A stretch of DNA of 64,000 bases from Plasmodiophora brassicae (taxonomy: Eukaryota): positions 372,001 to 436,000 of the forward strand of contig CP145418.1 of assembly GCA_036867785.1 (NCBI GenBank), read 5' to 3'. Within the stretch, counting starts at the first letter, position 1. Every line of letters starts with the position of its first letter. A program made the position numbers and the translations under genes. The notes beneath the pieces are model-generated. The model had not been told where the DNA came from. It saw only the letters and a list, made by a program, of their open reading frames with translations, and did no database searches. Shown piece by piece: positions 48,225 to 59,590 of the stretch.

Positions 48225-48974
48225 TCAAACCTTGACGGCTTCATCGTAGGCAGGTGGTGGTGGTGGCATCTGCCTAGCATGCCAGTGTGGACCTGTCGTG
48301 GCAAGCGCGTCCGGCTGTGGTGCAAGTACAGGCGCCACCCGCCCTGGCCGGACCGCGTTGGCGTCTTGGAGATTGACGGCGAACTTCAAGCGGCGACGCC
48401 GCAACGACGTGAAGACGATGAGGGAGACCAGGACAAACAGGCAAACGGATCCGCCGATAATGATACGATTCGCCAGAACGTCGCCGATCGGCACGGCTGC
48501 GCGTTTGCGAGTTCCCGTGACCACCGCTTTCGCCGACGCCTCCTTATCCTTGATCTGCGAGTAAACATCAGCCCTGGGATAGCGTGGACTGAGCAATTCA
48601 GTTCGTAGGTACCGCATACTCGAGGTAGCAGTCGACGACAGCGCCACCTATAGAACTGGGGCACGTGACCCGCGTCCACTTCCGATCGAACTCGAGATGC
48701 GTGGGCATGTTGTCGTCCCGGCACGTCCACGGCTCATCTGTCCCGCGCCGACGAGGATTCAGGCGACATCTCTGGCAAACAGGACGCGCGGGCACATACA
48801 GACGAATGCCGGACCTGGTGCGCGCGTACACGTAACCGTCGACGGCCTATACGTGCTGATTTCGGAGGACTCGTGCAGTCTCAGTCGAGGACCGCGGAAC
48901 GTTATAACGCTGCCGCGGGCAATGGCACACATGAGCAAGGCCGATGCGAACACGACCCTGAGAACCGGCACCAT
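48225..48974 (-). CDS. SARAF/TMEM66-like type I membrane protein, paralog A
   Basis: Signal peptide, RPRL-like..TYRPSTVTC / WTC..LEFD..WTRVTC..CYLEY domain, TM helix, RRRR, PPPAY tail; two introns. The family assignment is an inference. Confidence 0.7.
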
Positions 48975-49250
48975 CCTTTGTAGAGCGAAAAATGTCGACT
49001 CTGCGTTGTGGGTCGCGCGTCTCGCCTCCGACGCCGCAAGGCCGTTTGGCAATCGGGATCGGGCGGGCATGGCGACGCCGACACGTAGAGTCACGTACGG
49101 TTTGCAGGCACAATCCGCAATCGGAACCGCAGGGAAAGGTCGTGTGGGTCCAGCACGACCTGTCCGTTGCTTAAGCGTCGCCAGAAACTCCAATTTGCAG
49201 CCGTATAAGGACACGAAGAATCGTTGTACTGCTGCACCTCGACGGGTACG

Positions 49251-49974
49251 TCAGGCATTGACGGCTTGGCAGTATGTAGGCGGAGGTGGGACCGTTTGCC
49301 CAGGATGGTACTGTGGCGCGGTCGCGACATGCGAACCTGGCTGCATGACAACTGGCTGGAGGGTCGGCTGCTGGGCCGTATAGCTGGTCTGGCTGCTCAG
49401 CCATCGACGGCGACGACGGCGACTTTGTATACAATGAAGAATGATGCTGATTAAGACGACAGCACCGATGACGCCGCCCACGATCGCGCCGACGCTGACC
49501 TTCTTCTTAATCTAGCGCGCCACTCTGTACGTAAGTTGACGTATCATAACAGGTGGTCCCATGCATACCGCGTATTCAAGGTAGCAAGTGGACTTGTCAA
49601 CATAGCCCGAATCTGGAAGACGGCACGTCACCTGCGTCCACCTCTGGTCGAACGCGAGACTGCTGGGCATCCGTCCGTCCCGACAGGACCACCTCGCAAC
49701 TACGCAGGGTATTGCCCACTCAGATGAAGCCATATCTGACCAGAAACGCTGACGTACAAACAACGTCCTGACCGGCTCTGTGCGTACACGTAACAGCATG
49801 CGGATGGTACGTCTTCACGTCGGAGAACGGGTGCATTTTCAATCGGGGACGTCGGAACCACGCGTTGGTGTAAGACCCCACCCGAAACGTCACGTCGAAC
49901 TCCTGCCAGACATTCTCCGCAATCGCACGCGACCATATGACGGATACGACAACCGTAGTGAGAAGTAGCGTCAT
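49251..49974 (-). CDS. SARAF/TMEM66-like type I membrane protein, paralog B
   Basis: FDVTFRVGSYT..RRPRL..KTYHPHAVTC, WSCRDGRMP..VTC..STCYLEYA, TM helix, RRRRR, PPPTY tail. Confidence 0.7.
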
Positions 49975-50362
49975 CCTCGCTAGCACGACGTCGTCGTTGC
50001 AAGTAGGTGTTTGACGCTACACCGCTCCGTCGACGCCGCGGCAAGACTGCGTGACCGGTGTCAGGGTCACCTCTCGAGTCCGGCGCGTACGGCGTTCCAC
50101 GCCATTGTCGCCTGTAAGGCCAAGGTCTCAGAGGCATCGTACTCGACGTTGACGAATGGCTGTTCACTTGGAGCCGGCAACTCAAAATTGCATGGCCAAA
50201 TCTGCTGAGGAAGACTCTGGAACTTCGTGTAGATCAGGCACTGTCGTCGGCTTGGCTGCAGGAATTACGAAAACGTAAACGACTAGTGCAAATCGTTTGG
50301 AGAGGTATGCACTTGGTCATCAAGACAGGTTTGGGGGCATTCTCACCGTGTACGCGGGTTCA

Positions 50363-50994
50363 TCAGTGTATCGACCGGTCAAAGCGATGCCGAACATCAG
50401 TCGAGTTCAACTTGGAGAACGAAATGCGTCGCCGTCGGCGAAGTCGCCCGTGACCGGAAACGGCGAGTGCGATCAAGGCGACGGCAACGAATACGCCGGC
50501 CGCGATTTCACTCAGTCTGATGGTCCTCCTAATCTGCTCATCGGCTAGTCAGATCAACAGCAGAGAACAGCATATGATTGACACGTACAGAATATTCAAG
50601 GCGACAGGAGGAAGTGTCAACTGAGCCTGAACGCGGGGCACTGCAGGTTACCCGAGTCAGCGACCTGTCGAACGCGAGACCGTTGGGCATCTCGAAGTCC
50701 CAGCATGACCATTGTTCGTCTACGATTTACCCAGCACGTCAACGACTTAGCTATCGACTCGACCAGCCACGCGAACGTACAGAAAAAGCCTTGCCCGGCG
50801 TGGTGAATGCACGTCACGGAACGTGGGTTGTACGTGCTGACCTCAGACGGCACAACGCTCTGCAATCGCGGACGACGAACCCAGTCTGAGGTGACTTCCC
50901 CAGGCAGGAACGTCACGTCGAACGTGTCCCAGCGGGACTTGGCCGTGACACACGACCAGATGACAGCGGAGACACATACAACAGGAAGCCTCAT
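50363..50994 (-). CDS. SARAF/TMEM66-like membrane protein, paralog C (short tail)
   Basis: Same domain and same two intron positions; exon 2 encodes QWSCWDFEMPNGLAFDRSLTRVTC..SSCRLEYS; TM helix followed by a short tail. Confidence 0.65.
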
Positions 50995-52266
50995 CGGCGG
51001 GCGGCCACGTTCTTCGTTGACTGTCGTGCCCACAGCACATACCAGATCGCGTGCCCAGCACGCTACCCGCTTGGATTCTGCATGATGTCCGCGTGCCCAT
51101 GTGGCCACGCGACCCTACCCAGGTCACTCTGTTTCCACCCTCGATACACTACGTCCCATGCGAACGCTCTTTGCGTTGTCGTAGCGTTAGTGCATTGTCC
51201 ACTTCATTGACAATTGGGGTTGGCGTTCGACACGACCGACAAAGGAGATCGCGTCTGTAACGGTGACGTCGATGCGGTTAATCCTGCGGACTGGAAACGC
51301 GATTCGACACCCCATCGTGGGCCGAAATAAAACAGCTGAGCGATTTCGGGTATCTCAGGGGCACCTGGACCGTTACCAACATATGCACCCTGGTCGTTCT
51401 ACTGGCATCCTGTTACCGCGTGCGTAATCGTGTGCGAGCCATTCACCCGTTTCAACTCTCGTTTAACACATTTGGAACAAAGTACGGTGTCCATAAGAAC
51501 GCAAGCCTGTCAAATATAAGCTGGTCCTCTAGATAACCCGTAGCTGGCTAAGCAGGGTACGATACGTGCTATAGAGTGTCATGTCTTATACCCACGTATT
51601 GCTCGCAGTTCGGCAACTTGATAGTAGTATCTCACAGTGTCAAACGCGAGCCGTTTGGCGTTTGGTGGTCGAGAGACACTATTAATGCGCTTCTTACATA
51701 GGACGCCACGAGTCCTACAACGACTGCCTGACCGATTACGTTGCCGTACTCAAAACCCCCTGGCTAGTTTCGTGAGCGCACGATACCGAATCTGAGGGGA
51801 GGGCGCGTCTTGATGTTGGAGTGGACGCTCTATTGCTGATTGGAGCGTTGCCAATCATCGGTGACCTCCCCCGACAGGAACGTCAGCGTCGGGCGTGTCC
51901 CACCGACACTTGGCGATTACTCACCAGCATACTCACACAAGACGCCTCCTCTGGGCAGCAGCAGCATCAGGCAAACAGCCCTTTACCACGAGGCAGATCT
52001 GGGTTTGCTGCTCTGTCATGGGTCATAGCCTCCTATCACAAGCTGTTGAAAACGCTCCAGGGAGGGTGGCATGGCCTTGATTCGAAACTTAAATGGTTAT
52101 GCGGTTGCAACAACTCCCAGATAGGCATCTTCATGTACTGAAACTGACTGTCGCTGAACTGCGAGAATGACGAAAACGTAAATGACTGCAGCAAATCGTT
52201 TGGAGAGTATTCAGTTGGCCGGCAAAGACAGGTTTGGGGACATTGTAACTGTGTACGCGGGGTTCG

Positions 52267-52900
52267 TCAGTGAATCGACCGGACAAGGCGATGATGAACA
52301 TCCGTCGAGATCAACTTGGAGAATGAAATGCCGCTGCGGCGAAGTCGCTCGTGAACGGAAACTGCGAGAGCGATCAAGGCGAGGGCAACCAATACACCGA
52401 CCGCGATTTCATCCAATTTGACTGTCCTCCTAATCTGCTCACCGGCTCGTCAGACCAACAGCAGTGAGAGCAGTACATGGTTGACACGTACAGAATATTC
52501 GAGGCGACAGGAGGAAGTGTCAACTGAGTCCGAAAGCGGGGCACTGCAGGTTACACGGGTCAGTGACCTGTCGAACGCGAGACCGTTGGGCATCTCGAAA
52601 TCCCAGCATGACCATTGTTCGTCTACGTACGATGTACCAGCACGTCAGCGATTTAGCGATTGACCCGACCAGCCATGCGACCATACAGAAAAAGCCTTGC
52701 CCGGCGTGGTGAATGCACGTCACGGAACGTGGGTTGTACGTTCTGACCTCAGACGGCACAACGCGCTGCAATCGCGGATGGCGAACCCAGTCAGTGGTGA
52801 CATCCCCAGGCAGGAACGTCACGTCGAACGTATCCCAGCGCGACTTGGCCATGGCACACGACCAGATGACAGCGGAGACACATGCAACAGGAAGCCTCAT
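52267..52900 (-). CDS. SARAF/TMEM66-like membrane protein, paralog D (recent duplicate of C)
   Basis: Closely similar to paralog C at the nucleotide level, including introns and flanks. Confidence 0.65.
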
Positions 52901-53811
52901 CAGTGGGTGGCCACGTTCTTCGTTGGCAATTTGACTGACGCTCGACCGGACAGACACAGGACGTCGCTTCCGTTTCGGTGACGTCAATGCGATTAATCCT
53001 GCGGATTGGAAGCGATTCAGCACCCCATTGAGGGTCGAAATGACGATTTGGTCAAACACACCAGAACCCTTATCAAACATATTCTGAACGTTTCTATGGC
53101 ATCCCGTTGCCGCATGCGTACGCGTATGCGAACCATCCACCCGCTTTAACCTTTCATTCAATTACAGACGTCCAGCGCCGTTTGAGAGTCGATATAGCGT
53201 AGGCCTCGGCGCCTGCGTGGTCATGTGCCCTCGCAGAGTATGAATGCGAGATTCCTACCGGAGCAGACCACCGGCTGGGCCCGCCATTCACCATTGCAGG
53301 ATACCCAGGGATAAGAACGGGGACACGCTTAACGCCAAACATATTATGTCCAGCCATAAGAACGTAAGGCTGACAGTATAAGCTGGTAGCCTGGATAACC
53401 CGTAGCAGAGTGTCATGTCTCACTCCCATGCACTGTCCGCAGTTCGGCAACTTTGAACACGTGCCGAAGTCCTATTTCATTCCTAAGCAGGGACCGAGCA
53501 GTACATTCTGGCATTGCCTCGATGACATGCGGATCGCGAAGGACGCGTCGCTTTCGACTTCGGCAGTTCCCATGAACTAGGCAAGCGTAGCCATCGTTTT
53601 TCAGCAGCAATGCCTCTTGGGGCACGATCGTCGTCAGACACGTCGGCCGTCAGGTCTAAAAATATGGTCCAAACCGAACACTCGGTCAGCTATGCTCTGC
53701 GTGCGCAGGTTTATTTCCGGTCACCCTCGCAGTCTGCGCGGTCCAGCGGGTGGCCGGACGGCGGACAGCTTCTGCATCAGAATTCAAGCGTCGCCGCCCG
53801 TGTCAGCAAGA

Positions 53812-54639
53812 ATGGTGCGATTGCTCGTTGCTGTTGCTGCAACTGCGATGTGGTCGTACGCGTTCGCGAAGAACCTGAGGAATGTCGGGGGGAGGTTCGA
53901 CGTAACGTTTCGGCCGAACGAGTTCACTTCCGGTGTGTTTGCCCGTCCCCGCTTGCAGATGCACACGTTCTCCGACGTCAAGACGTACCATCCAGGTTCG
54001 GTGAAATGCACGCACGAGGCCGGTCAGGGTGTTTTCCGTACGTCGATATGTCATGTCGGGTCATGCGCGTAACTGAGTAGCTGTCTCTGGTGTGGTTCAG
54101 ATGAGAGCTGGTCGTGCCGGGACTGGTGGATGCCACGCCATCTCGAGTTCGAGAGGAGGTGGACGCGGGTCACCTGCGATACTCCGGGCTTCGATCGTCT
54201 TGTTGATATCTCGACCTGCTATCTTGAGTACGCTGTAAGGACGACCTTGTATTGTTTCAAGCAGTATCCGGTTAGACCCACAAGTTAATGTGTTCAGGTC
54301 AAGGAGAAGCCTGGCGTCGCTGCGAAATCGTCCCGCGGTCGGAAGACGGGTGGCAGGGCCGCCCGCGTTGTGGAAGTGGAGCGAGTTCGATTTGAACAGA
54401 AGCGAGTCAACGTCGGTGCGATTGTGGGCGGAATCGCCGGCTTCCTTGTCCTCGTTCTCGCCATCCTTCTTGCTGTGCGACAGAGCCGGCGCCGCCGCAT
54501 GCTGAGCGCGCAGGCGAGCACTGCCCAGCAAACGATTCTTACGCCTGTTGTATTGCAGCCCAGCTCGCTGGTCATGACCACGATGCCGCACCCTTCTGGA
54601 CAAGCCCCTCCTTCGTCTGCTCCATACTACCAAGGCTGA
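53812..54639 (+). CDS. SARAF/TMEM66-like type I membrane protein, paralog E (inverted)
   Basis: Signal peptide, FDVTFRPNEFT..RPRL..KTYHPGSVKC, WSCRDWWMP..LEFERRWTRVTC..STCYLEYA, TM helix and Pro/Gln tail. Confidence 0.7.
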
Positions 54640-55025
54640 AGAGCTGCACGACGTTTCCGATGGTTTTGATAAATGTTGTCTCACCTGCTCCCGTTTGCGA
54701 GATGTCGATATCAGCAGTCTGATTGTGAGGCAGCGCCGTACATTAGGCGATGGACAGGAGACCCTTGTTCGCTAGCCGTCTTTAGGTCAAAGAGAAGAAC
54801 ACAGACCCAGGATGGACCAGCGTCTCTGACACGTTGCGGCGTCGGCCCCGGCTGCTACTGCATAACTCACCAGTGCCTAATAAATGTGGGTTCGGCATCA
54901 GAAGCAGCGTATCGGTTGGCGGGAACTTGCCGTTCTGTGGCAGGTTCCGATGCCGCGTGCGAGCACGTCCCCATGACTGACTCGTCCCGAGTCAACGACG
55001 CGGTCATGCTGTCACACAGACCACG

Positions 55026-57948
55026 ATGCCTGTAGCGATGATCCTGGTGCTGGTGTGGTGGTTCGCCCAGGTGAAAGGCGGGGTGGGATTGGATGGCCAG
55101 GGTGCCTGCACCGTCGGGGAACTGTACGCCCTGGTGGCATCGGAGTCGGGCACCATTCGGACATCCTTCACGTCCATCGAGGAAGTTGTCGCCATTATGC
55201 GCGATCAGTGCGACACGTACGACGGCAACGACTTTGGGGAACTCCAGACCCGAACACAGATCAATTCGGTCGGGCTGGAAGATGCCGACATCGGCGCATG
55301 CGAGTTCTGACCAGGCTGGCCAGCCCCTGGACACCGACCCGAGACGCCTGTCCGAGGCCTGGGTCAACACCTGGATGCTGAACCGGGCGATCAACGCGTC
55401 TTGTCTCTCAGAGTACGTACTCGGCAGGGGGTCTTCCTACGTGCAGGACAACGCCATCCCGGCGCGGCTCGTGTTTGAGTCCACGTCCTGTATCTACAAC
55501 CAATCGTCGAACATCAGCGACATCTGCCGTACTGACTACCCCGCCTGTCCCCCATACAGCCAGGTTGTCACCCATCCCATTCGGGTCTGCTTGCATTGTT
55601 CCTTCCTGCCCAGCGCACCGCCCAATACATACTCCCAGGTCTCAGATTGGAACGCGGTGCATGGGCCGACTTGCCCAAAGTTTTGCCTGGATCCGGTACG
55701 CTACGATAACCTGATCGACAACTGGATCATGTCGTTCACGAAGCCCATCGACCTGTTTGTCGACGACATGTAACCATGGGATTGCCCTACAGCGATCCGG
55801 ATATGACAGTGAGACGACAGGCTGAATTCGTCGTACTGCAGCATGGCGGTGGCGTTGTACTTCTGGACACCAGGGGGGACGTCACGGTACGCTCCATCGC
55901 TAGCGTCGTACAACGTGACGATGGCGGATGCCATCGGGTATTCATTCCCGTTGTTCTGGCTGGACACAAACACGCCGATCGACCAGGCGAATGGGATCCT
56001 GTACACGCGCCCGTACCAGGACCCGGTCACCCGCCACACGATGATCACGCTCATGCTCCCAAAGTACTGATTGCACACTGCTGGACGAAAGCGCCGTTGA
56101 TTGCTGCATCCCAGGTACCTTGCAGGTGGCCGCTTCATTGGCATGTTCTGTGCCGACATGCAGCTGCACCAGCTGACGCCCGTTCTGGCATCATTCTCGC
56201 CGACGACGTCAAGCATGTCGATAATCACGATCAACGGGTTCGTCATCGTCGCGTTACCGTCCGTGTTGAGCGCGTTGTTCTGCCCCGGCCCCAACTGCGA
56301 CGCCAACGGCGTCTACAATCTGGCCCTGGGCGGGCAGGTCGCCAAACTGTCCCAGAGCCCGCTCGACGACGTCCGCACCGCTTCCCGTCTGATCGAGTCG
56401 CAGGCGATCGCGACCGTGACGATCCGTGCGGTCGCGTACTACGCCGTCAGCGTCCCGGTGGCCGGCATGGACCAATGGGTGCTGACCACGTTGGTGCCCA
56501 GCCACGAGATCGATAGAGCTGCCGTATGGCAACTAACGACAACGGATGCTGTTCTTGTTCTCGACAGCACCAGCAACGTCGGCCAGCGTTTCCGGGCCCA
56601 TCTGGCCAACAAGGGCCTGCACAGCACGATGTGGGTCGCGACGGTCCAGGCAGGAACGACAGCGATCGCCTCCGTCAATGGCACACTACCCGCGGGGGAA
56701 TCCACAACCATCTCGTACGACCTGGTCGGGGTTCGTGACAGCCGTGCCGCGTTCCTAACGATCGACGTCGCCGGTGCCGCCCGGGTCGGACCGACCTGCT
56801 TCCCCCCGCTCCAGGTGAAGATCCCGATCGAGCCGCAGACCATCTACGAAACCTTTGTCATGGACAGGGCCGTTATCCTATTGGTGCTGTCCACCTACGC
56901 CATCACGATCCTGTTCCTGTCCATCTGTGCACACGTCGTATGGCGTTTCAGGACCTGCACGATGATGAAGGCTAGTTCGCCGCGGTTTCTGATGACAGCG
57001 ATCGCGGGGGCGTTCCTGTTTGCAACCGCCTCGCTCGCGTTCGCCGTTCTGCCGACTCCGGACGCAGCTGGGCTGATAGTCTGCCAGGCGCGATGGTGGA
57101 TGACCACCTTTGGATTCGTCACAACGTTCTCCCCTTTGTTTTTGAAGACGTACCGCATCCACAAGGTAACGCCGACAACCCGTCGAGGTGTCCACCTAAT
57201 GCGTCTGTACAGATCTTCACGATGGTGAACGTTGTTTCGATGACGAACGCGTACCTGTTCCGTCGGGTGCTCGCTCTCGAAGCCATATTCCTGACCCTGC
57301 TCATTGTCCAAACAGCGGCGCCCAGTTTGCGCTCTGTTCCGATCGAGTTGACCGCCAGCGATATTCCAGCGCATGTCGACAACGCCGTTACCGTTCTGCC
57401 ACAGTGCACGTCGAACATGATGATTGTGTCGGTCGTGCTGATATCCGGGTATGCATTGACCGCCTGGGGAGCCATTGTAGCGGTTAGCGTTGCACCGGGG
57501 TCGGAGTCGTTGCCCGGGTGTACTGACCTGGCCTCTGTAGTGGAACGCGAGAGATGCACCGTCCGATTTCAATGAATCGACACACGTCGCATTCTGCATC
57601 ATCTCGATTGCGGTCTACGCGATCGTGATGATTCCGCTTCAGATGTTCATGGACGGGTCGCCGAACCAGCTCGCCATCGTCCGTGGCGCCGGCATCAACG
57701 TCGGCATGTACGTCGGGTGAACGACGCGCTCGCTGACGACGCTCCGCTGATTCGCCCCATACAGCCTGCTGTCGATGGGCGTCCTGTTCCTGCCTAAAAT
57801 GGACAAGATTGTCAAAGGCGAGCACAGCGGCCGTCTGAACCAGCTCGGCAAGGACGCCACCACGCCCGACCGTACCGCGACGGCGAATGCTGCGCGCGTC
57901 GCTGTTCACATCCCACAAGACATCGCAGCGGCGAACGCGAAACAGTGA
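55026..57948 (+). CDS. Class C (GABA-B/7tm_3-like) GPCR with Cache-like extracellular domain, multi-exon
   Basis: Signal peptide; YTRPYQDP...FIGMFCAD Cache-like segment; MKASSPRFL, CQARWW..GF...LFLKTYRIHKIF, PSDFNES and LFLPK 7TM motifs. Confidence 0.85.
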
Positions 57949-58081
57949 CTGCACCGCAAAGAGCCATTGCCACTCTGTCCGTCCCCTGAAAGACGTCAGA
58001 AGTCAGAACTGATCTGGTGAGGTCGGTCTATTTACGGCAGTGGCGGGCGACTGGCGTCGGGCAGACAGGCAGTGTTCGGAC

Positions 58082-58966
58082 ATGCCGTGGTGGCCGATCG
58101 ATGGCGTGCTTGGGTATGCGAGCGCGCTGTCTGCCCACTCGCTGGTCTTCACGATGATCGTCGCGCTGATTACCGTCGTCATCGTCCGGCGTGTACTGCG
58201 CCTGGTCGGATCCGGCCGGCGACCTCGACCGTTCGTTACTATGCGTCGACTTCACACGTAATTGTCGGCGCTACAACCGTGCGATCTAGGGTGTACCGCG
58301 GCGAACAGAACGATAAAGGCAAGTTCCACGGTAGAGGACGATTGCAATGTGCCAACGGGGACGTTTACGAAGGCCAATTCCGGAACGGGAAGTTCCATGG
58401 CGAAGGTACGTGCGACACAGTGGATCCGGGCAAGGGCATCTGATACCCGCGAAGGCATGTACAGGTTCAACGATGGCAAATCGTTTTATCGAGGGTCGTT
58501 CGCGCATTCCATGTTCGAAGGACAGGGCGAAGAGGTATGGATTAACAGGCTAGTGGATGAGGTTCCCTTTTGTAACTGGCAACCTGGTTAGGTGTATGGC
58601 GATTCAGGTGCGGTTTACGTTGGGCAATTCAAAGGGTCGAAGCGCCATGGTCGTGGTGATATGACGTACACGAGTGGAGCGAGTTACAGTGGCAAATGGG
58701 CGAATGGGTTGAAGCATGGGAATGGCACATACTGGTACGCGGGCAATGGCGGCAAGTTCATTGGCCATTTCGAGGACGGCGCCCGGAATGGCCCAGGTGA
58801 ATACATCTGCAAGGCGTTCCGTGTCGTCGGCAAGTGGACGAACAACGAACTTGATGCGGACGCCATCGTCTATGCGAAGAAGGGCTTCTCGTTGGACTCT
58901 CTCCAGGAGTTCGTCGGCCCCGGTAAACCTCTACCTTCCGATATTCGCCACCCGAGCAGTAAATAA
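58082..58966 (+). CDS. MORN-repeat protein with N-terminal TM segment, multi-exon
   Basis: Repeated YxGxF/Wxx[G]x[FRK]HGxG units. Confidence 0.88.
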
Positions 58967-58999
58967 CGCCAATCATCTGTATTGGGATGCGACACGCTA

Positions 59000-59590
59000 C
59001 TGAATGATGCATTGCTGTCGTTCTTGGCCGTCAGCCCTTACTTGCCCGTGCCACAGCTCCGCTAATACACGATCCTCACGATTCTGGGATCCACGTAGCA
59101 GGGCCTGACCATAGGTAGTCTTGCCAGGGTGGTTCTTGGCTTTCGGCGTTTGCGTACTCGTGCCACATCCACGCTGACGCGTGATCCTCACGATTCGGGG
59201 CTTCACGTAACACGCCCTGGCCATAGTCTGGCCAGGTTGGTTCCTGGTCGTCGGCGCTTACTTGTTCGTGCCACAGACCCGCCGATGCACGATCCTCACC
59301 ATACGGGGCTTCACGTGGCAGGGCCTGACCATCGTCTGGCCAGGGTGATTCTTGGCTGTCGGCGTTTACGTGCTCCTGCCACGCTCCCGCTAATGCATGA
59401 TCCTCACGATTCTGGGCTTCACGTAACACGCCCTGATCGTAGTCTGGTCGTGGTCGTCGCCCTGTTCGTCGCGGTCGGCGCCTTCGTTGCCTTATACCGC
59501 TCTGGAACGATCGCGAAATGTCGGCGTTTGCTTGCCTGTGCAACAGGTTCGCATTCTGGGCTTCACGTAGCAGGGCCTGACAGTAGTCTG
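59000..59590 (-). repeat. 108-bp (36-aa) coding tandem repeat, about 5 units
   Basis: The anchor motif recurs at 59089, 59201, 59309, 59417 and 59561 (spacings 112, 108, 108, 144). Confidence 0.9.

Larger units (their letters stand above)
50240..53460. repeat. Direct segmental duplication (about 50240-51620 and 52150-53460)
   Basis: The gene bodies align, and upstream blocks are shared (e.g. TTAATCCTGCGGA, CCATAAGAACG, GATAACCCGTAGC, CGCAGTTCGGCAACTT). Confidence 0.85.

Noticed and set aside
51821-52141. 106-aa ORF between paralogs C and D
   Set aside because: Non-ATG start, no motif and not part of the duplicated unit; unsupported.
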